Positions 51,455-63,324 of a DNA stretch of 64,000 nucleotides are shown one piece after another. The notes under the pieces are model-generated. The model did not search any database. It saw only the letters and a list, made by a program, of their open reading frames with translations, and was not told where the DNA came from. The position numbers were made by a program, and so were the translations under genes. How positions within the stretch are numbered: position 1 is the stretch's first letter; the number at the start of each line of letters is the position of its first letter. Source of the DNA: Squalus acanthias (lineage: Eukaryota); the NCBI GenBank assembly GCA_030390025.1, contig CM059431.1, positions 126,792,001-126,856,000 of the forward strand, written 5' to 3'.

Positions 51455-51915
51455 ATGGAAAACATCCTTAAACCATCACGTCTTGACTTGGACCCAAACA
51501 CCCCAGCAGCCGGTAAGGTGTGGAAACACTGGTATCGCACGTTTGACAATTTTCTTGAATATTGCAAGGCTGATGATGACTCAAAGTTGCGGATACTCAT
51601 CAGCTGTGTCACCCCGAATGTATTTCAGTATGTGGAGGAATGGGGCAGTTACGAGGAGGCAATTCGGATGCTTAAGAGACTATATACTAAGACACCGAAT
51701 GAGGTCTATGCCAGACATCTACTAGCTACAGCCCAACAAGGGCCGGAGGAATCCATTGATAAATTCCTCCAAGAGCTTCGCAGACTTAGTATGGACTGTA
51801 ACTTTCAGGCAGGCCTCAGCTGAGCTGTACCGTGAAGAAATTATCCATGATGCTTTCATCTGCGGGCTTGCCTCCCCATTTATACGCCAGCGTCTACTGG
51901 AAAGTAAGACACTTG
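51455..51915 (+). pseudogene. gag: Gypsy gag N-terminal part, frameshifted at ~51810 and interrupted by Harbinger B
   Basis: MENILKPSRLDLDP...ARHLLATAQQGPEESIDKFLQELRRLSMDCNF. A shifted frame continues SAELYREEIIHDAFICGL...RQRLLESKTL and rejoins ELQRAYDMACSLD after the Harbinger TSD (~56120). Confidence 0.88.
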
Positions 51916-52260
51916 GGGGGGAAAATTAGGTCACGCCCATTTGGGGCGCAAATATCGTCTGGACGCAAATATTAGCGCCTGGCGCTAATTATCGGCACTG
52001 ACTGGAAACTTCACTTTTACCGCCCCGGGAGGTGAGTGGAGCGCTAAATCAGGCGCTGCACACCTGTCTTAAGGCGCAAAGGCCGAGCAGTGAGGCGCGA
52101 GCGCAGCGCAGCTGCTGCCAGTTAGCGAGGGAACACAGACACACTGGCGCCGGCCACTTCTTAAAGCGGGGGGGGCCAACTTGCTCCCCAGCCACACCCT
52201 GCTCATTGCAGCCTTGAATCTCGGCCTGGAGAGACCTGTGAATCCATTTTGCTGCCAAGG

Positions 52261-54133
52261 ATGGAGAGGGTGAGAGAACGAGCTCATCGCTTCACCGAGC
52301 GGGCCTTGGATGCTCTGGTTGGCGCGGTGGAGTGCAGAAGATGTATACTCTTCCCTGAGAGTGGCAGGAGGCCTTTGCCACGCGAGTTCAGAAGAGTGTG
52401 GAGGGAGGTGGCTCAGAGCGTCTCCTCCAGGAGCATGGTGCCCAGGACCCATACTCAATGCCGCAAAAAGCTCAACGACCTCACTCGGGTCGTCAGGGTG
52501 AGTGGCTTTTTCTCAATACCTCTCCATCCCTCCATCTCAACCTCACTCTATGGCCAGAGGGTCTTAAAACCCCAATGCACAACACTCATCCAACACCTAT
52601 GGCCCTTTCATGAAACACATACGCACATTCCACACTTTGCATACAGTAAGGGCTATTCACCTATGGGAGGCACATCAGGCAAGACCATGGCTGCATACAG
52701 TAAGGGCTATTCACCTATGGGAGGCACATCAGGCAAGACCATGGCTGCATACAGTAAGGGCTATTCACCTATGGGAGGCACATCAGGCAAGACCATGGCT
52801 GTATATTTACTCAGATGCTGTCCTTTTTCTTACAGGCCAAGCTGGCGCATAATCAGAGACAGCAGCAATGGACAGGTGGAGGGCGGCCTCAGCTGCAACC
52901 CCTCAGCGATCTTGAGGAGCGCGTCCACAGGATTGTGGCAAGCCGGGTGATCGGTCCCGTCGCCACTGGAGACGCCGACCCCGTTCTGGACAGCAATGGT
53001 AAGGTCATCACCTTTTTGTCCTCTGTCCTTCCACTTGTCCCTCACAACACCAGCCTTTGACACTTTCAATCCAACTTGCTAACTCGCTGCACTTATTCCT
53101 CCCTTACTGCCACCCTGTCCTCACGCTAAAGACACTCTTGTACCTCCCTGCTTTCAGATGGTGATTCACCAGCTGAGGAGACGGGCCCTGAATCTGCCAC
53201 TGGGAGTGATGCTGCAGCTGAGGAGGAAGAGGAAGCCGGAGCATCAGTGCCACCCTCTCCCGAGGAGCCCATGCCCACACTGGGAACACGCCTTCCCTGG
53301 AGGGGAGCAGGGGGGAAGGGTCTGATGAGGGTGAAGCTCCAGGACCCAGCGGGCTGCAGCAACGCCATGGGGGTAGGGAAGAACGGGGGCCTTCTCCCCA
53401 GAGGGAGAGTATGCCAGACACTCCTACTGCAATGGACGCAGAGGAGGAGCGGCTGATCGCAGATATGAACACCCAGGCGGTGGGCATGCACACTGAGCTC
53501 ATGGGTGCAGTGGGAAGGGTGCCCGAATGCATTGAGTCACTGACAAGGAGTGTGGAGCACTTCGCTGTAGCACAGGCAGATGCCACACTAACGCTTAGTG
53601 CTGCAATTCAGTCACTGGCTGCCGTGATCCCATCTCTGACTGCTCTCATGCAGACTCATATTGAGGCCACGCGAGCACAGACTGCTGCCAACCTCGATGG
53701 TTCGTTCACATGTCCCTGGGGCTGTCACCGCGCCGCAGCAGGCCAGCAATCTGTTCTCCAGCAGATTGCTCCGGATGCTGAAGTGCTGCCCCGTGGGAGT
53801 GCCAGTGTGTCGGGCGAGCAGGGAGTTGCTGTCCTCTCTCACGATGACAGCATTCCTGCTGCCAACACTGTCACTTCTCCACTGCACTTGCCACCGCCTG
53901 TAGGACAGACTGCTGCCGCCCATGCAGACTTGGTGCAGTCTGCAGCCGGGCCCTCCAGGCCCAGAACTGGTCGAGGCCGTCCTTCAGGGGCATCTGCAGT
54001 GTCAGGGTTTGACGAGCAGCAGCCTTCCACCAGTCTTGCTGCAGCCACTGAGGTCCCATTACGGAGGAGCAGTAGGGTTAGAAGGGGGGAAGTGCGCAAG
54101 GGAAGGAGATCACCCTCGAAGGGCAAAAAGTAG
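52261..54133 (+). CDS. Myb/SANT-like (MADF) DNA-binding protein of Harbinger B; exons 52261-52497, 52836-52998 and 53158-54133; one frameshift near 53265
   Basis: RFTERALDALV...WREVAQSV...RTHTQCRKKLNDL trihelix motif. Canonical GT-AG sites with compatible phases (0, then 1); basic C-terminus. Confidence 0.85.
52639..52800 (+). repeat. 54 bp tandem repeat, three perfect copies, in MADF intron 1
   Basis: Unit GCATACAGTAAGGGCTATTCACCTATGGGAGGCACATCAGGCAAGACCATGGCT. Confidence 0.95.
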
Positions 54134-54445
54134 GAGGTGTGACAAAATGCTGGTCATTTTTTTATTAAAGGTCGAGGTTCATGGTCCAACTTTTGTTTAG
54201 TGTTTTGGACATTATCTCCAGGTTGTGAGAACCAGTTATGTTATTGACTGTTTTTTTGTGTTTATTTCTATGAGTTTGTCATGAGGAATTGACACACACA
54301 GAGTTTGTAAAATAAATAAGTTTCTGTATTCAAAATATACATGGTTGGTGGTTGGAATTATTGGTGCCTTGGCCGGCTTAGGGGTTGCGTGCTGGGTTCA
54401 TTAATGTTGTTAGCAATGGCAGAAGCCATTTCCACAGCAGGGGCC

Positions 54446-55606
54446 CTAGAAGCGGCTTGCTATTAGCCGTTGACGGACGGCCCTTGCAGTTTCACCTTTG
54501 TGGGCCGCCCTCCCGCCTTGGTGCTGCTGATGATCATCCTCCTCGTCCTCTTCCTCCTCTTCCTCCTCCTCCTCTAGTGGTGCTCCAAGGCCTGGTGGCA
54601 TTGGCTGGGTCCTGAGGATTGCCATGTTATGCAACATGCAGCACACGACTACGAAGTTGGATACTCACTCAGGCGAGTACTGCAGGGCTCCTCCAGAATG
54701 GTCGAGACAGCGGAACCGTTGCTTCAGCACGCCGATTGTGCGCTCAATTATGTTCCTGGTAGCTTGATGGCTCTCATTGTACTGCAGCTCAGCAGGGGTG
54801 TTGGGCGTACGGAGCGGTGTCATCAGCCAGGTGCTCAATGCATACCCCTTGTCCCCGAGAAGCCAACCAACTGGCTGATGCGGTGCCTCGAAATGTTCTG
54901 CCACAGTAGTCTGGCGCAGGATAAAAGCATCGTGGCAGCTGCCAGGATAGTGGGCATTGACAGCGAGTATCAGCTGTCTGTGGTCACAGACCAACTGAAC
55001 ATTCAAGGAATGGAACCCCTTTCTGTTCCGGAATTCCTCGGCATTCTCATGCGGAGCACGCAAAGCCACATGCGTGCAGTCAATGGCGCCCTGCACCATG
55101 GGGAAGCCCGCAACCCTCGCAAAGCCCAGAGCGCGGTCACGCTGCTTGTCTGGGGTCATGGGGAAAGAGATGAACTCTCGTCTCCTTTTAAAGAGGGCAT
55201 TTGTGACCTGCCGGATGCAGCAATGCACCGCGAACTGGGAGATATTGGCGAGGTCCCCAGCAGCAGCTTGAAATGAGCCAGTAGCGTAAAAGTTGAGAGC
55301 CACTGTGACCTTCACTGCCACCGACAGAGACGTCCTGGACCTCAGTTGAGGCTGCAGATCTGGCTGCAGCAGGTGGCAGAGCTCAGTGACCACCTCCTTG
55401 CTGAATCGCAGCCTTCGCAAACACAGCTCCTCAGACATATGAATGTAGGAGAGCTGTTCATGATATACCCTGGGAGGGTAAGCTCTCCTGTACATACGCC
55501 TGTTGGCCCTCCTCCGTCTGGCCATCATTGCCACTCTCTCTCTGCGTCTCTGTATAATCCGATTCAGCTGGAGCAGGACGACGCCCCAAATCAGTGCAGC
55601 CCCCAT
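54446..55606 (-). CDS. Harbinger DDE transposase of element B, one premature TGA at 54665-54667
   Basis: Catalytic motifs GAIDCTH, LGDKGY and RNIIERTIG are intact. The same frame continues VSNFVVVCCMLHNMAI...IASRF* after the stop. Confidence 0.9.
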
Positions 55607-56140
55607 AGTCTCTTTGCAAGCAAAGTAATGAAGGACAGCAACTAAAGTACTAGCAAAGTTAGGATCAATAGGCAAAACTACCTCACAAAGCGTTGAGTCA
55701 ATGCAGAAGTCTCTCTTTCTCTCTCTCCGAATCTCTCTCTCTCTCTCAGAACGAGTGGTGCAAAAATGTCGACCACAGAAAAAGACAGGAAGAGGCCCCC
55801 TTTAAATAGCGCCCCCCCCAGCCCCACAGCGATTGATAGCGTTCCAGTCTTCCGGTCGTTGGATGCGCCAGGCGGTAAGGCAGGGGGCGCCACTCAATTT
55901 CCGCTCCGGGGCGCCACAAGGGCGTTGCACCATGGAATGACGTCACAATCTGCGCGCGCAGGTGGTCGCAGCGGTAAGTTTTAGCGCCGCCGCACAATGT
56001 CTAGTTAAGTTCCCGAGCGGTTCAAACATCGCTGCGCCCGGGCGTTAGCGGCTTTGCGCCCCATTAGTGCCCTCTTAAGGCGCTAACGGGATGCGCAACC
56101 AACTGAATTTTTAACCCTTGAGCTTCAGAGAGCTTATGAC

Positions 56141-59100
56141 ATGGCTTGCTCTCTAGATCTGGCAAATAGAAATGCAGACCTTTATGCAGTGCCCAGACCT
56201 CAGTCTACTGCCTTAACTACAGTCAGGCAATTTAAGAGGCCACAGGTGAACTCTATTAGGGAGGACTTTATCCCTGACGATCAATCTGATAACTTCACTG
56301 ATGAAGAGGATGATGACCCCACTGTGGCAGCCTCTTGGCAATCTAAGAAATGCTTCTTTTGTGGTGATGAGTTTCACCCTCGGAAATTCTGCCCTGCTCG
56401 CAATGCGTTTTGCAGTCATTGCAACAAAAAGGGTCATTTTGCAAAGGTTTGCCTATCAAGAGCCTCTACGAGGGCTTATCAAGCTAAGTCCTACCGAATT
56501 GCCCCGGTAAGGGCCTATCAAGATGTTCCGGCTAAAATCTATCGTGCTTCCTCTCGGGTTTCCTCTCGAAGAAACACAACTAGAGTTTCAGCCACTCTTT
56601 GTGCAACGACACCAATTACAGCTGCTTGTCCTCAGAACCTATTCCATGCAGCGACAAAAGCATCAATTAATGGACATACTTTAGATGCCTTAATTGACTC
56701 AGGTAGCTCTGATAGTTTCATTAGGGAACAGATTGTTGCAGAGTTAAAGCGACATGTTTTCCCATCGGACCAGGCAATTGCGATGGCTCAGTCATCACTT
56801 AATACCAGAATTTCTGGCTTTTGTATGGTTGAAATAAAACTTAATGGTCACAGGTATCCCTCCACCCGGCTTTCGGTGCTCAAGGACTTATGTAGTGATC
56901 TTATCTTAGGGCTGGATTTTCAAAAGCAGCATAAGAAGCTCACCATTGAGTTCGGCGGATCCAAACCTGAACTCACTATTTCTAATATACTACCTCGATT
57001 ACCGTTCTGTGCATTGTCAGCAGCTTCACTGGATGAACCCTCACTGTTTACCAGTATCCCTCCTCGATGCAAACCGATTATAACAAAGTCACGACGTTTC
57101 AGTCAGGAAGACCAGTCTTTTATTGCGGCTGAGATTTCTTGGCTTTTAGCAGAGGATATCATCGAGCCTTGTTCGTCGCCATGGCGCGCCCAGGTCGTTA
57201 TTGTTAAGAACCCTCTACAACCTCACAAGAAACGGCTGTGCATTGACTATTCACAGACCATCAATCAATATACGGACTTGGACGCATACCCATTGCCGCG
57301 CATCGATGATATGGTTAATAAACTGGCTGAGTACACGGTGTTCTCAACATATGATCTGAAAAGTGCCTATCATCAGGTACCCTTGAAGGTCTCAGACAAG
57401 CAGTATACGGCCTTTGAAGCCAATGGACGGCTGTATCAATTTCGTCGCCTCCCCTTTGGGGTCACTAATGGAGTGGCTGTCTTCCAGCGAGCAATGGATG
57501 ACCTGGTCAAACAGGAAGACTTGAAGGATACGTTTCCTTATCTGGACAATATTACTGTCGCAGGTCGCAATCAGCGGGAACATGACGCCAATCTCCAACG
57601 ATTTTGGGATGCACTCCAGCACCGTAATTTGACATTAAATGCGGCTAAATCCATTGAGTCACAACCAACCATCAACATCCTTGGCTATTGTGTGGGCAAT
57701 GGCATCATTAAACCTGACCCTGAAAGGCTTCGCACACTCCAAGAACTCCCGCCACCTCAGAATCCGGCCTCCTTGCGCCGGGCCCTCGGCCTGTTTGCAT
57801 ACTATGCTAAATGGATTCCTAACTTCTCGGACCGAATCCAACCTCTACTGAAGGCCAGCACATTCCCACTAGACACAGCGGCTGTTGCAGCCTTTAACCT
57901 CCTGAAAAAACAGTTGGAGAAAGCGGGTCTTCACTCCATCGATGAGAGTCTTCCTTTTGTTGTTGAGTGTGATGCCTCGGAGGTGGCAATCTCGGCCACT
58001 CTGAATCAGGAAGGTCGTCCGGTGGCATTTTTGTCCAGGACTTTTCAAGGGGCTGAGCTACATTATCCTCCAGTCGAAAAAGAAGCTACAGCCATCATAG
58101 AGGCAGTATGGAAGTGGAGTCATCTCCTAGCTAGCCAGCACTTTACCTTAATCACGGACCAGCGATCGGTCGCCTACATGCTCGATAATCGAAAACGGAC
58201 CAAAATTAAAAATAATAAAATCCAGCTTTGGCGGCTGGAATTGGCCTCTTTTGGTTACACCGTCCACTATCGACCTGGCAAGGAGAATGTGGCTCCGGAT
58301 ACCCTCACACGAGCATTCTGCTCCGCCATGGCACCCTCTACGCTCGTAGACATCCATGATGGGTTGTGTCATCCGGGCGTTACTCGCATGCTACACTTCG
58401 TGCGGTCCCGAAATCTCCCATTCTCTACCGGGGATGTAAAGAAGATGTGCTCGGACTGCAGAGTCTGTGCGGAATTGAAACCTCAGTTTTTCCGCCCCTC
58501 GGGTGGTATACTCATACATGCGACCCAGCCAATGCAACGGCTTAGCATCGATTTTAAGGGGCCGTTGCCCTCTTCAACTCGCAACACTTATCTATTGACC
58601 ATGGTCGATGAGTATTCCCGTTTTCCATTTGCCTTTCCCTGTCCCAATATGCTGACGACCACGGTTATCAGCTGCCTTGAGCAGGTATTTGCTTTCTGTG
58701 GCATGGCATCCTATGTTCATTCGGATCGGGGCCCTTCTTTTATGTCAGGAGAACTCAAGGCCTATCTCTCGGAACGGGGTATTGCTGCCAGCAAAACGAC
58801 GCCTTATCATCCGGTCGGGAATGGGCAAGTCGAACGTTTTAACGCTATCATCTGGAATGCGGTACGTCTGGCTTTGAGATCTCGGGGCCTACCCAACCAG
58901 CAATGGGAAGCAGTACTTCCAGACGCATTACACTCCACACGGTCCCTCCTTTCGACCGCCACAAATACGACGCCTCATGAACGGTTCTTCCGATTTCAGC
59001 ATCACTCATCCTATGGGATATCTCTCCCGTCGTGGCTGACTGCACCGGGACCAGTGCTACTCCGAAGATATGTCTGGGCGTCTAAGAATGACCCCCTGGT

Positions 59101-59590
59101 AGATGAGGTTGAGCTCACTGACGTCAACCCTACCTACGCCTATATTCGGTATCCTGACGGTCGGGAATCTACCGTGTCATTGCGGGATCTGGCTCCCTGC
59201 CCGCCGAAACATAGAGGGACACCAGGGGATGATATTGTACCAGGCACATCTCTGGGCTCGCCAGGTGCCTCTCATCACGATCTGGATCTGACGCCGGCTG
59301 GTACCTCACTCCAGCGTGCCGACCTGGGGCAGACTGACTATGAGCCCGTCGGGGCTCGCACGCGCAGCCACGATCCACCCTGTACCGTACGCTCGGAAAC
59401 GGATCTGCCACAGCCCTGCCCGACACCCGTTCGGGCACCAGTACACAGTCAGGATCGTCCTGACCCCTCACAGAGCGGGCTGGATCACTCGGACTCTGGT
59501 CCACGGCCTGCGGCGGGTAAACGGGCTAGGGGCCCTCTACCGCTACGAGAATCCAAACGGGTGCGGCTCTCCCTCGTCCAGCGGCTATGA
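56141..59590 (+). CDS. pol: Gypsy gag C-terminus (two Cys-His knuckles) fused in frame to pol: protease, RT, RNase H, integrase
   Basis: CFFCG...HPRKFC and CSHCNKKGHFAKVC; LIDSGS; LPFGV and YLDN; ECDASE, EKEA, ITDQ; HDGLCH...CRVC, SIDFKGP, HSDRG, QVERFN. Uninterrupted 1149 aa. Confidence 0.95.
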   Translation: MACSLDLANRNADLYAVPRPQSTALTTVRQFKRPQVNSIREDFIPDDQSDNFTDEEDDDPTVAASWQSKKCFFCGDEFHPRKFCPARNAFCSHCNKKGHFAKVCLSRASTRAYQAKSYRIAPVRAYQDVPAKIYRASSRVSSRRNTTRVSATLCATTPITAACPQNLFHAATKASINGHTLDALIDSGSSDSFIREQIVAELKRHVFPSDQAIAMAQSSLNTRISGFCMVEIKLNGHRYPSTRLSVLKDLCSDLILGLDFQKQHKKLTIEFGGSKPELTISNILPRLPFCALSAASLDEPSLFTSIPPRCKPIITKSRRFSQEDQSFIAAEISWLLAEDIIEPCSSPWRAQVVIVKNPLQPHKKRLCIDYSQTINQYTDLDAYPLPRIDDMVNKLAEYTVFSTYDLKSAYHQVPLKVSDKQYTAFEANGRLYQFRRLPFGVTNGVAVFQRAMDDLVKQEDLKDTFPYLDNITVAGRNQREHDANLQRFWDALQHRNLTLNAAKSIESQPTINILGYCVGNGIIKPDPERLRTLQELPPPQNPASLRRALGLFAYYAKWIPNFSDRIQPLLKASTFPLDTAAVAAFNLLKKQLEKAGLHSIDESLPFVVECDASEVAISATLNQEGRPVAFLSRTFQGAELHYPPVEKEATAIIEAVWKWSHLLASQHFTLITDQRSVAYMLDNRKRTKIKNNKIQLWRLELASFGYTVHYRPGKENVAPDTLTRAFCSAMAPSTLVDIHDGLCHPGVTRMLHFVRSRNLPFSTGDVKKMCSDCRVCAELKPQFFRPSGGILIHATQPMQRLSIDFKGPLPSSTRNTYLLTMVDEYSRFPFAFPCPNMLTTTVISCLEQVFAFCGMASYVHSDRGPSFMSGELKAYLSERGIAASKTTPYHPVGNGQVERFNAIIWNAVRLALRSRGLPNQQWEAVLPDALHSTRSLLSTATNTTPHERFFRFQHHSSYGISLPSWLTAPGPVLLRRYVWASKNDPLVDEVELTDVNPTYAYIRYPDGRESTVSLRDLAPCPPKHRGTPGDDIVPGTSLGSPGASHHDLDLTPAGTSLQRADLGQTDYEPVGARTRSHDPPCTVRSETDLPQPCPTPVRAPVHSQDRPDPSQSGLDHSDSGPRPAAGKRARGPLPLRESKRVRLSLVQRL

Positions 59591-59623
59591 AATGGAGGGA
59601 GCATCCCGGCCTCCTAATCTTTT

Positions 59624-59637
59624 GGGGGGGGGGAGAA
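59624..59637 (+). promoter_or_regulatory. Polypurine tract
   Basis: G-run followed by AGAA immediately before the 3' LTR, preceded by a T-run. Confidence 0.9.
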
Positions 59638-59831
59638 TGTGGTAACACAATACAGCTTCCTGTGACTCGAACTTTATTGCATCACTTCCTGTGATTAGTC
59701 CAGGATAAATACTGGACTGATCAGTTGGATCCTGGAGAGGCATAGAGTAAGACCTCTTTTGTATGTAGCACCTTTTTAGTTGATTAAAGCTTACTTTAAG
59801 TTCACCACGCGTAAGGCTCATTCTTACGACA
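59638..59831 (+). repeat. Gypsy 3' LTR
   Basis: Identical by eye to the 5' LTR. Confidence 0.95.
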
Positions 59832-59836
59832 GACTG

Positions 59837-62800
59837 CACCACCTCAGCATGGGCAGCAGCAGTCAGGGCTGGCTGGATGACAGGCAGCAACAAGGGCAAT
59901 GGCGGAGTGGCAGCAGTAGGAGCAGGAATGCTGTCATCCTGAGAGAGGGCAGCAGGTTCCTGCTCCACTGACCACTGCCACTCCCCCGGGGCAGCACCTC
60001 AGCATCACTACCAATCTGTTGGAGAACAGATTGCTGGCCTGCTGTGACACTGTGAAAGCCCCGGTGGATGGTGGTCGACCCAGCCATGGTGGCAGCAGTC
60101 AGAGCTTGCGTGGCATCAAGCTGAGACTGCATGAGAGCAGTCTGAGAATCGATGGCACCAACCATAGATTGCAGTACAGCACTAAGACATTGCGTGGCTT
60201 CCGCCTGTGCTGAAAAGGAAGCTGCGACATGGCCCATCACATGTGGCATGAGGTCTTTTTTTTATTTGTTCATGGGACCTGGGCATCGCTGGAAATGCCA
60301 GCATTTATTGCCCATCCCTAGTTGCCCTTGAGAAGGTGGTGGTGAGCCACCTTCTTGAACCACTGCAGTCCGTGTGGTGAAGGTACTCCCACAGTGCTGT
60401 TAGGGAGGGAGTTCCAGGATTTTGACCCAGTGATGATGAAGTAACAGCGATATACTTCCAAGTCAGCATGGTGTGTGAATTGGAGGGGAACTTGGAGGTG
60501 ATGGTGTTCCCATGCGCTTGCAGCCCTTCTCCTTCTAGGTGGCAGAGGTCGCGGGTTTGGGAGGTGCTGCCGAAGAAGCCTTGGTGAGTTGCTGCAGTGC
60601 ATCTTGTAGATGGTACACACTGCAGCCACGGTACGTCAGTGGTAGAGGGAGTGAATGTTTAAGGTGGTGGATGGGGTGCCAATCAAGTGGACTGCTTTGT
60701 CCTGGATGGTATACATATTCTTGAGTGTTGTTGGAGCTGCACTCATCCAGGCAAGTGGATAGTATTCAATCACACTCCTTACTTGTGCCTTGGAAAGGCT
60801 ATGGGGAGTCAGGAGGTGAGACACTCGCCGCAGAATACCCAGCCTCTGACCTGCTCTTGTTGCCACAGTATTTATGTGGCTGGTCCAGTTAAGTTTCTGG
60901 TTAATGGTGACCCCCAGGATGTCGAAAGTGGGGGATTCGCTGATGGTAATGCCGTTGAACGTCAAGGGGCGATGGTTAGACTCTCGCTTGTTGGAGATAG
61001 TTATTACCTGGCACTTGTGTGGCACGAATGTAATCTGCCACTTATCAGCCCAAGCCTGAATGTCGTCCAGGTCTTGTTGCATGCGAGCATGGACTGCTTC
61101 ATTATCTGAGGAGTTGCGAATGGCACTGAAAACTGTGCAGTCATCAGCGAACATCCCCATTTTTGACCTTATGTTGGAAGGAAGGTCATTGATGAAGCAG
61201 CTAAAGATGGTTGGGCCTAGGACACTGCCCTGAGGAACTCCTGCAGCGATGCCCTGGTTCTGTGATGATTGACCACCAACCACCACAACCATCTTCCTTT
61301 GAACTAGGTATGACTCCAGCCACTGGAGAGTTTTCCCCCCGATTCTCATTGGCTTCTGTTTTACTAGGGCTCCTTGATGCCACACTTGGTCAAATGATGC
61401 CTTGATGTCAATGGCAGTCACTCTCACCTCAACTCTGGAATTCAGCTCTTTTGTCCATGTTTGGACCAAGGCTGTAATGAGGTCTGGAGTCAAGTGGTCC
61501 TGGCGGAACCAAAACTGGGCATCAGTGAGCAGGTTATTGGTGAGTATGTGCTGCTTGATAGCACTGCCGATGACACCTTCCATCACTTTGCTGATGATTG
61601 AGACGAGACTGATGGGATATGTAATTGGCCGGATTGGATTTGTCCTGCTTTTTGTGGACAGGACATACCTGGGCAGGTTTCCACATTGTCGGATAGATGC
61701 CCGTGTTGTAGCTGTACTGGAACAGTTTGGCTAGAGGTGCGACTAGTTCTGGAGCACAAGTCTTCAGCACGACAGCCGGGATGTTGCCGGGGCTGATAGC
61801 CTTTGCTGTATCCAGTGCGCTCAGCCGTTTCTTGATATCATGTCTGGGTCGCCACAGTCTCTCTGGGAGTTCACCATCCTTTGCAGACTGCTAATGATGG
61901 GCCCCATGGTGTGCGCAGAGCTCTGTGCAATGTTGGACGCGGACTCCTCCACGCTCCTCACCATTGCCGACAGGCTCTCGGGCACCCTTGCCATTGCTCC
62001 TATCATCTCCGTGTGCATGCCCATCACTCTTCTTCTGAAGGCCTCCCCATCGGGGTCCTCATCTGAGTTCTGTGCAGCAGAAATCGAGCTCAAACTCACC
62101 CTCCGGGGAGCTGGATCCCGAGTTACCCTTCCCCCCTGGCCTTGCTGCAGCCCGCTCATCCCCGGTGCATCACCCTGTGCAGATCCCGCTACTATACTAG
62201 CCTCTAAAGAACACGTAGTGCCAGTATCTGAGCTGGTGCCTGTGGGTGAGACATGCAGTGACATGGTGTCTTTTTCCTCCTCCTCTTCTTCCACCTCACT
62301 CTCAAAGGTGCCCTCAGGGACAGGCTGCTCAGCTTCTTGCTCATTATCTGAAAACATAAGGGCACAAGAGTTGGGTTAAGGTGAGGGGAGGGGGGCAGGA
62401 AGGGAGAAATGCATGCATGCAGCATGATTATCTGGAAATTGGGAAAGGCTTGTGGGTGAGTGGGAAGTGGGATGTGAGAAGAAGGAGTAGGGATGAACAT
62501 ACCGTTTTTGTCCCCAAGGGTTCAACATCACCGGTGGCCATGGCGCCCACCACCTGGCGCCCAATGATTTGCAGCATCCTTTCCTCCAGCGCAGACAGTG
62601 GTTGGGTGTCAGGTTGTCCCCTGCCTGTGCATTCCTGCTCCCTCCTGTTGTGAGCCACCTTGGCCTGCAAGAGAGAGGAAAGTGTGTGAATGAGTGTGGA
62701 GCAATGGGTTTGGGAGATGTGCCTTCTATAGTTGAATAGCTGTCACTGTGTGCAAGGTGTGAGATGTGGGTGTGAGTGTTGGTAGGTAGAGATTGTTGGT

Positions 62801-63135
62801 GGGTGAGTGCTGAGGGTGTGGAGCTTTGGGCAGTGTGTGCAGACTGAGGTTCAGATGGTGGTATGTAGCATTTGTTGAGGCATTGACTCACCCTGACCAC
62901 CTGCGTGAGGTTGTTTAATTTCTTCCTGCACTGTGTGTGGGTCCTGGGGACCACAGAGCTGCCCGAGACCTGCTGGGCTACCTCTCCCCACATGGCGCGG
63001 AAGACTTGCGGCGAGGGCCTCCTGCCACTTGCCGGGTACAGCACCGCCCTCCGTCTCTCCACAGCGAAGACCAAGGCCTCCAATGCCTGATCACAGAATC
63101 TGCGAGCTCTCTCCCTGGGTCAATGATCTGCTATA
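59837..63135 (-). pseudogene. Myb/MADF pseudogene of Harbinger A (exons ~63135-62892, 62664-62503 and 62347 downward; 3' end at ~51010-51182)
   Basis: WGEVAQQV...RTHTQCRKKLNNL. Same exon structure as element B; split by the LINE and the Gypsy. Confidence 0.85.
60256..61841 (-). mobile_element. LINE RT fragment (family of 2697 and 22267) inserted in MADF exon 3 of Harbinger A
   Basis: ORF 60636-61586 with [11 protein letters not shown] and MFADD. T-run tail at ~60256. Confidence 0.9.
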
Positions 63136-63324
63136 ATGACACCTCCTTCAGTGGTCCGGTTCCTTCTCCTTGGCCTTCTGATGCTTGCTGAGACAGCTGC
63201 AGAACCAGCAATGCTGAGAATGAGGTTCTGCAGCATGATTGAACCTCCCCTTTAAGAACTGGAAAGAGCCTGTGGCAATGATGACTAGTGATTAGACTGC
63301 ACCTGAAATTGCTTAACGCTTTGA

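Larger units (their letters stand above)
51916..56117. mobile_element. Harbinger DNA transposon B, near-intact (4.2 kb)
   Basis: Imperfect TIRs GGGGGGAAAATT / GGGTTAAAAATT; TSD TTG at 51913-51915 and 56118-56120. Excising it restores the gag frame. Confidence 0.93.
51183..59831 (+). mobile_element. Full-length Ty3/Gypsy LTR retrotransposon (Mag-like gag)
   Basis: Two 194 bp LTRs (TGTGG...CGACA); 5 bp TSD GACTG at 51178-51182 and 59832-59836. Domain order gag-PR-RT-RH-IN; polypurine tract before the 3' LTR. Confidence 0.96.

Noticed and set aside
52639..52800. CRISPR-like array
   Set aside because: Head-to-tail identical units with no spacers, no cas genes, and a eukaryotic context.
54629..55276. 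215 aa ORF antisense to the transposase, and similar antisense ORFs over RTE, LINE and MADF sequences
   Set aside because: Shadow ORFs of coding sequence on the other strand.
54446..55606. Domesticated host HARBI1 or NAIF1/MSANTD gene
   Set aside because: It lies within TIRs and a TSD, has several decayed paralogs in the window, and carries a stop codon.
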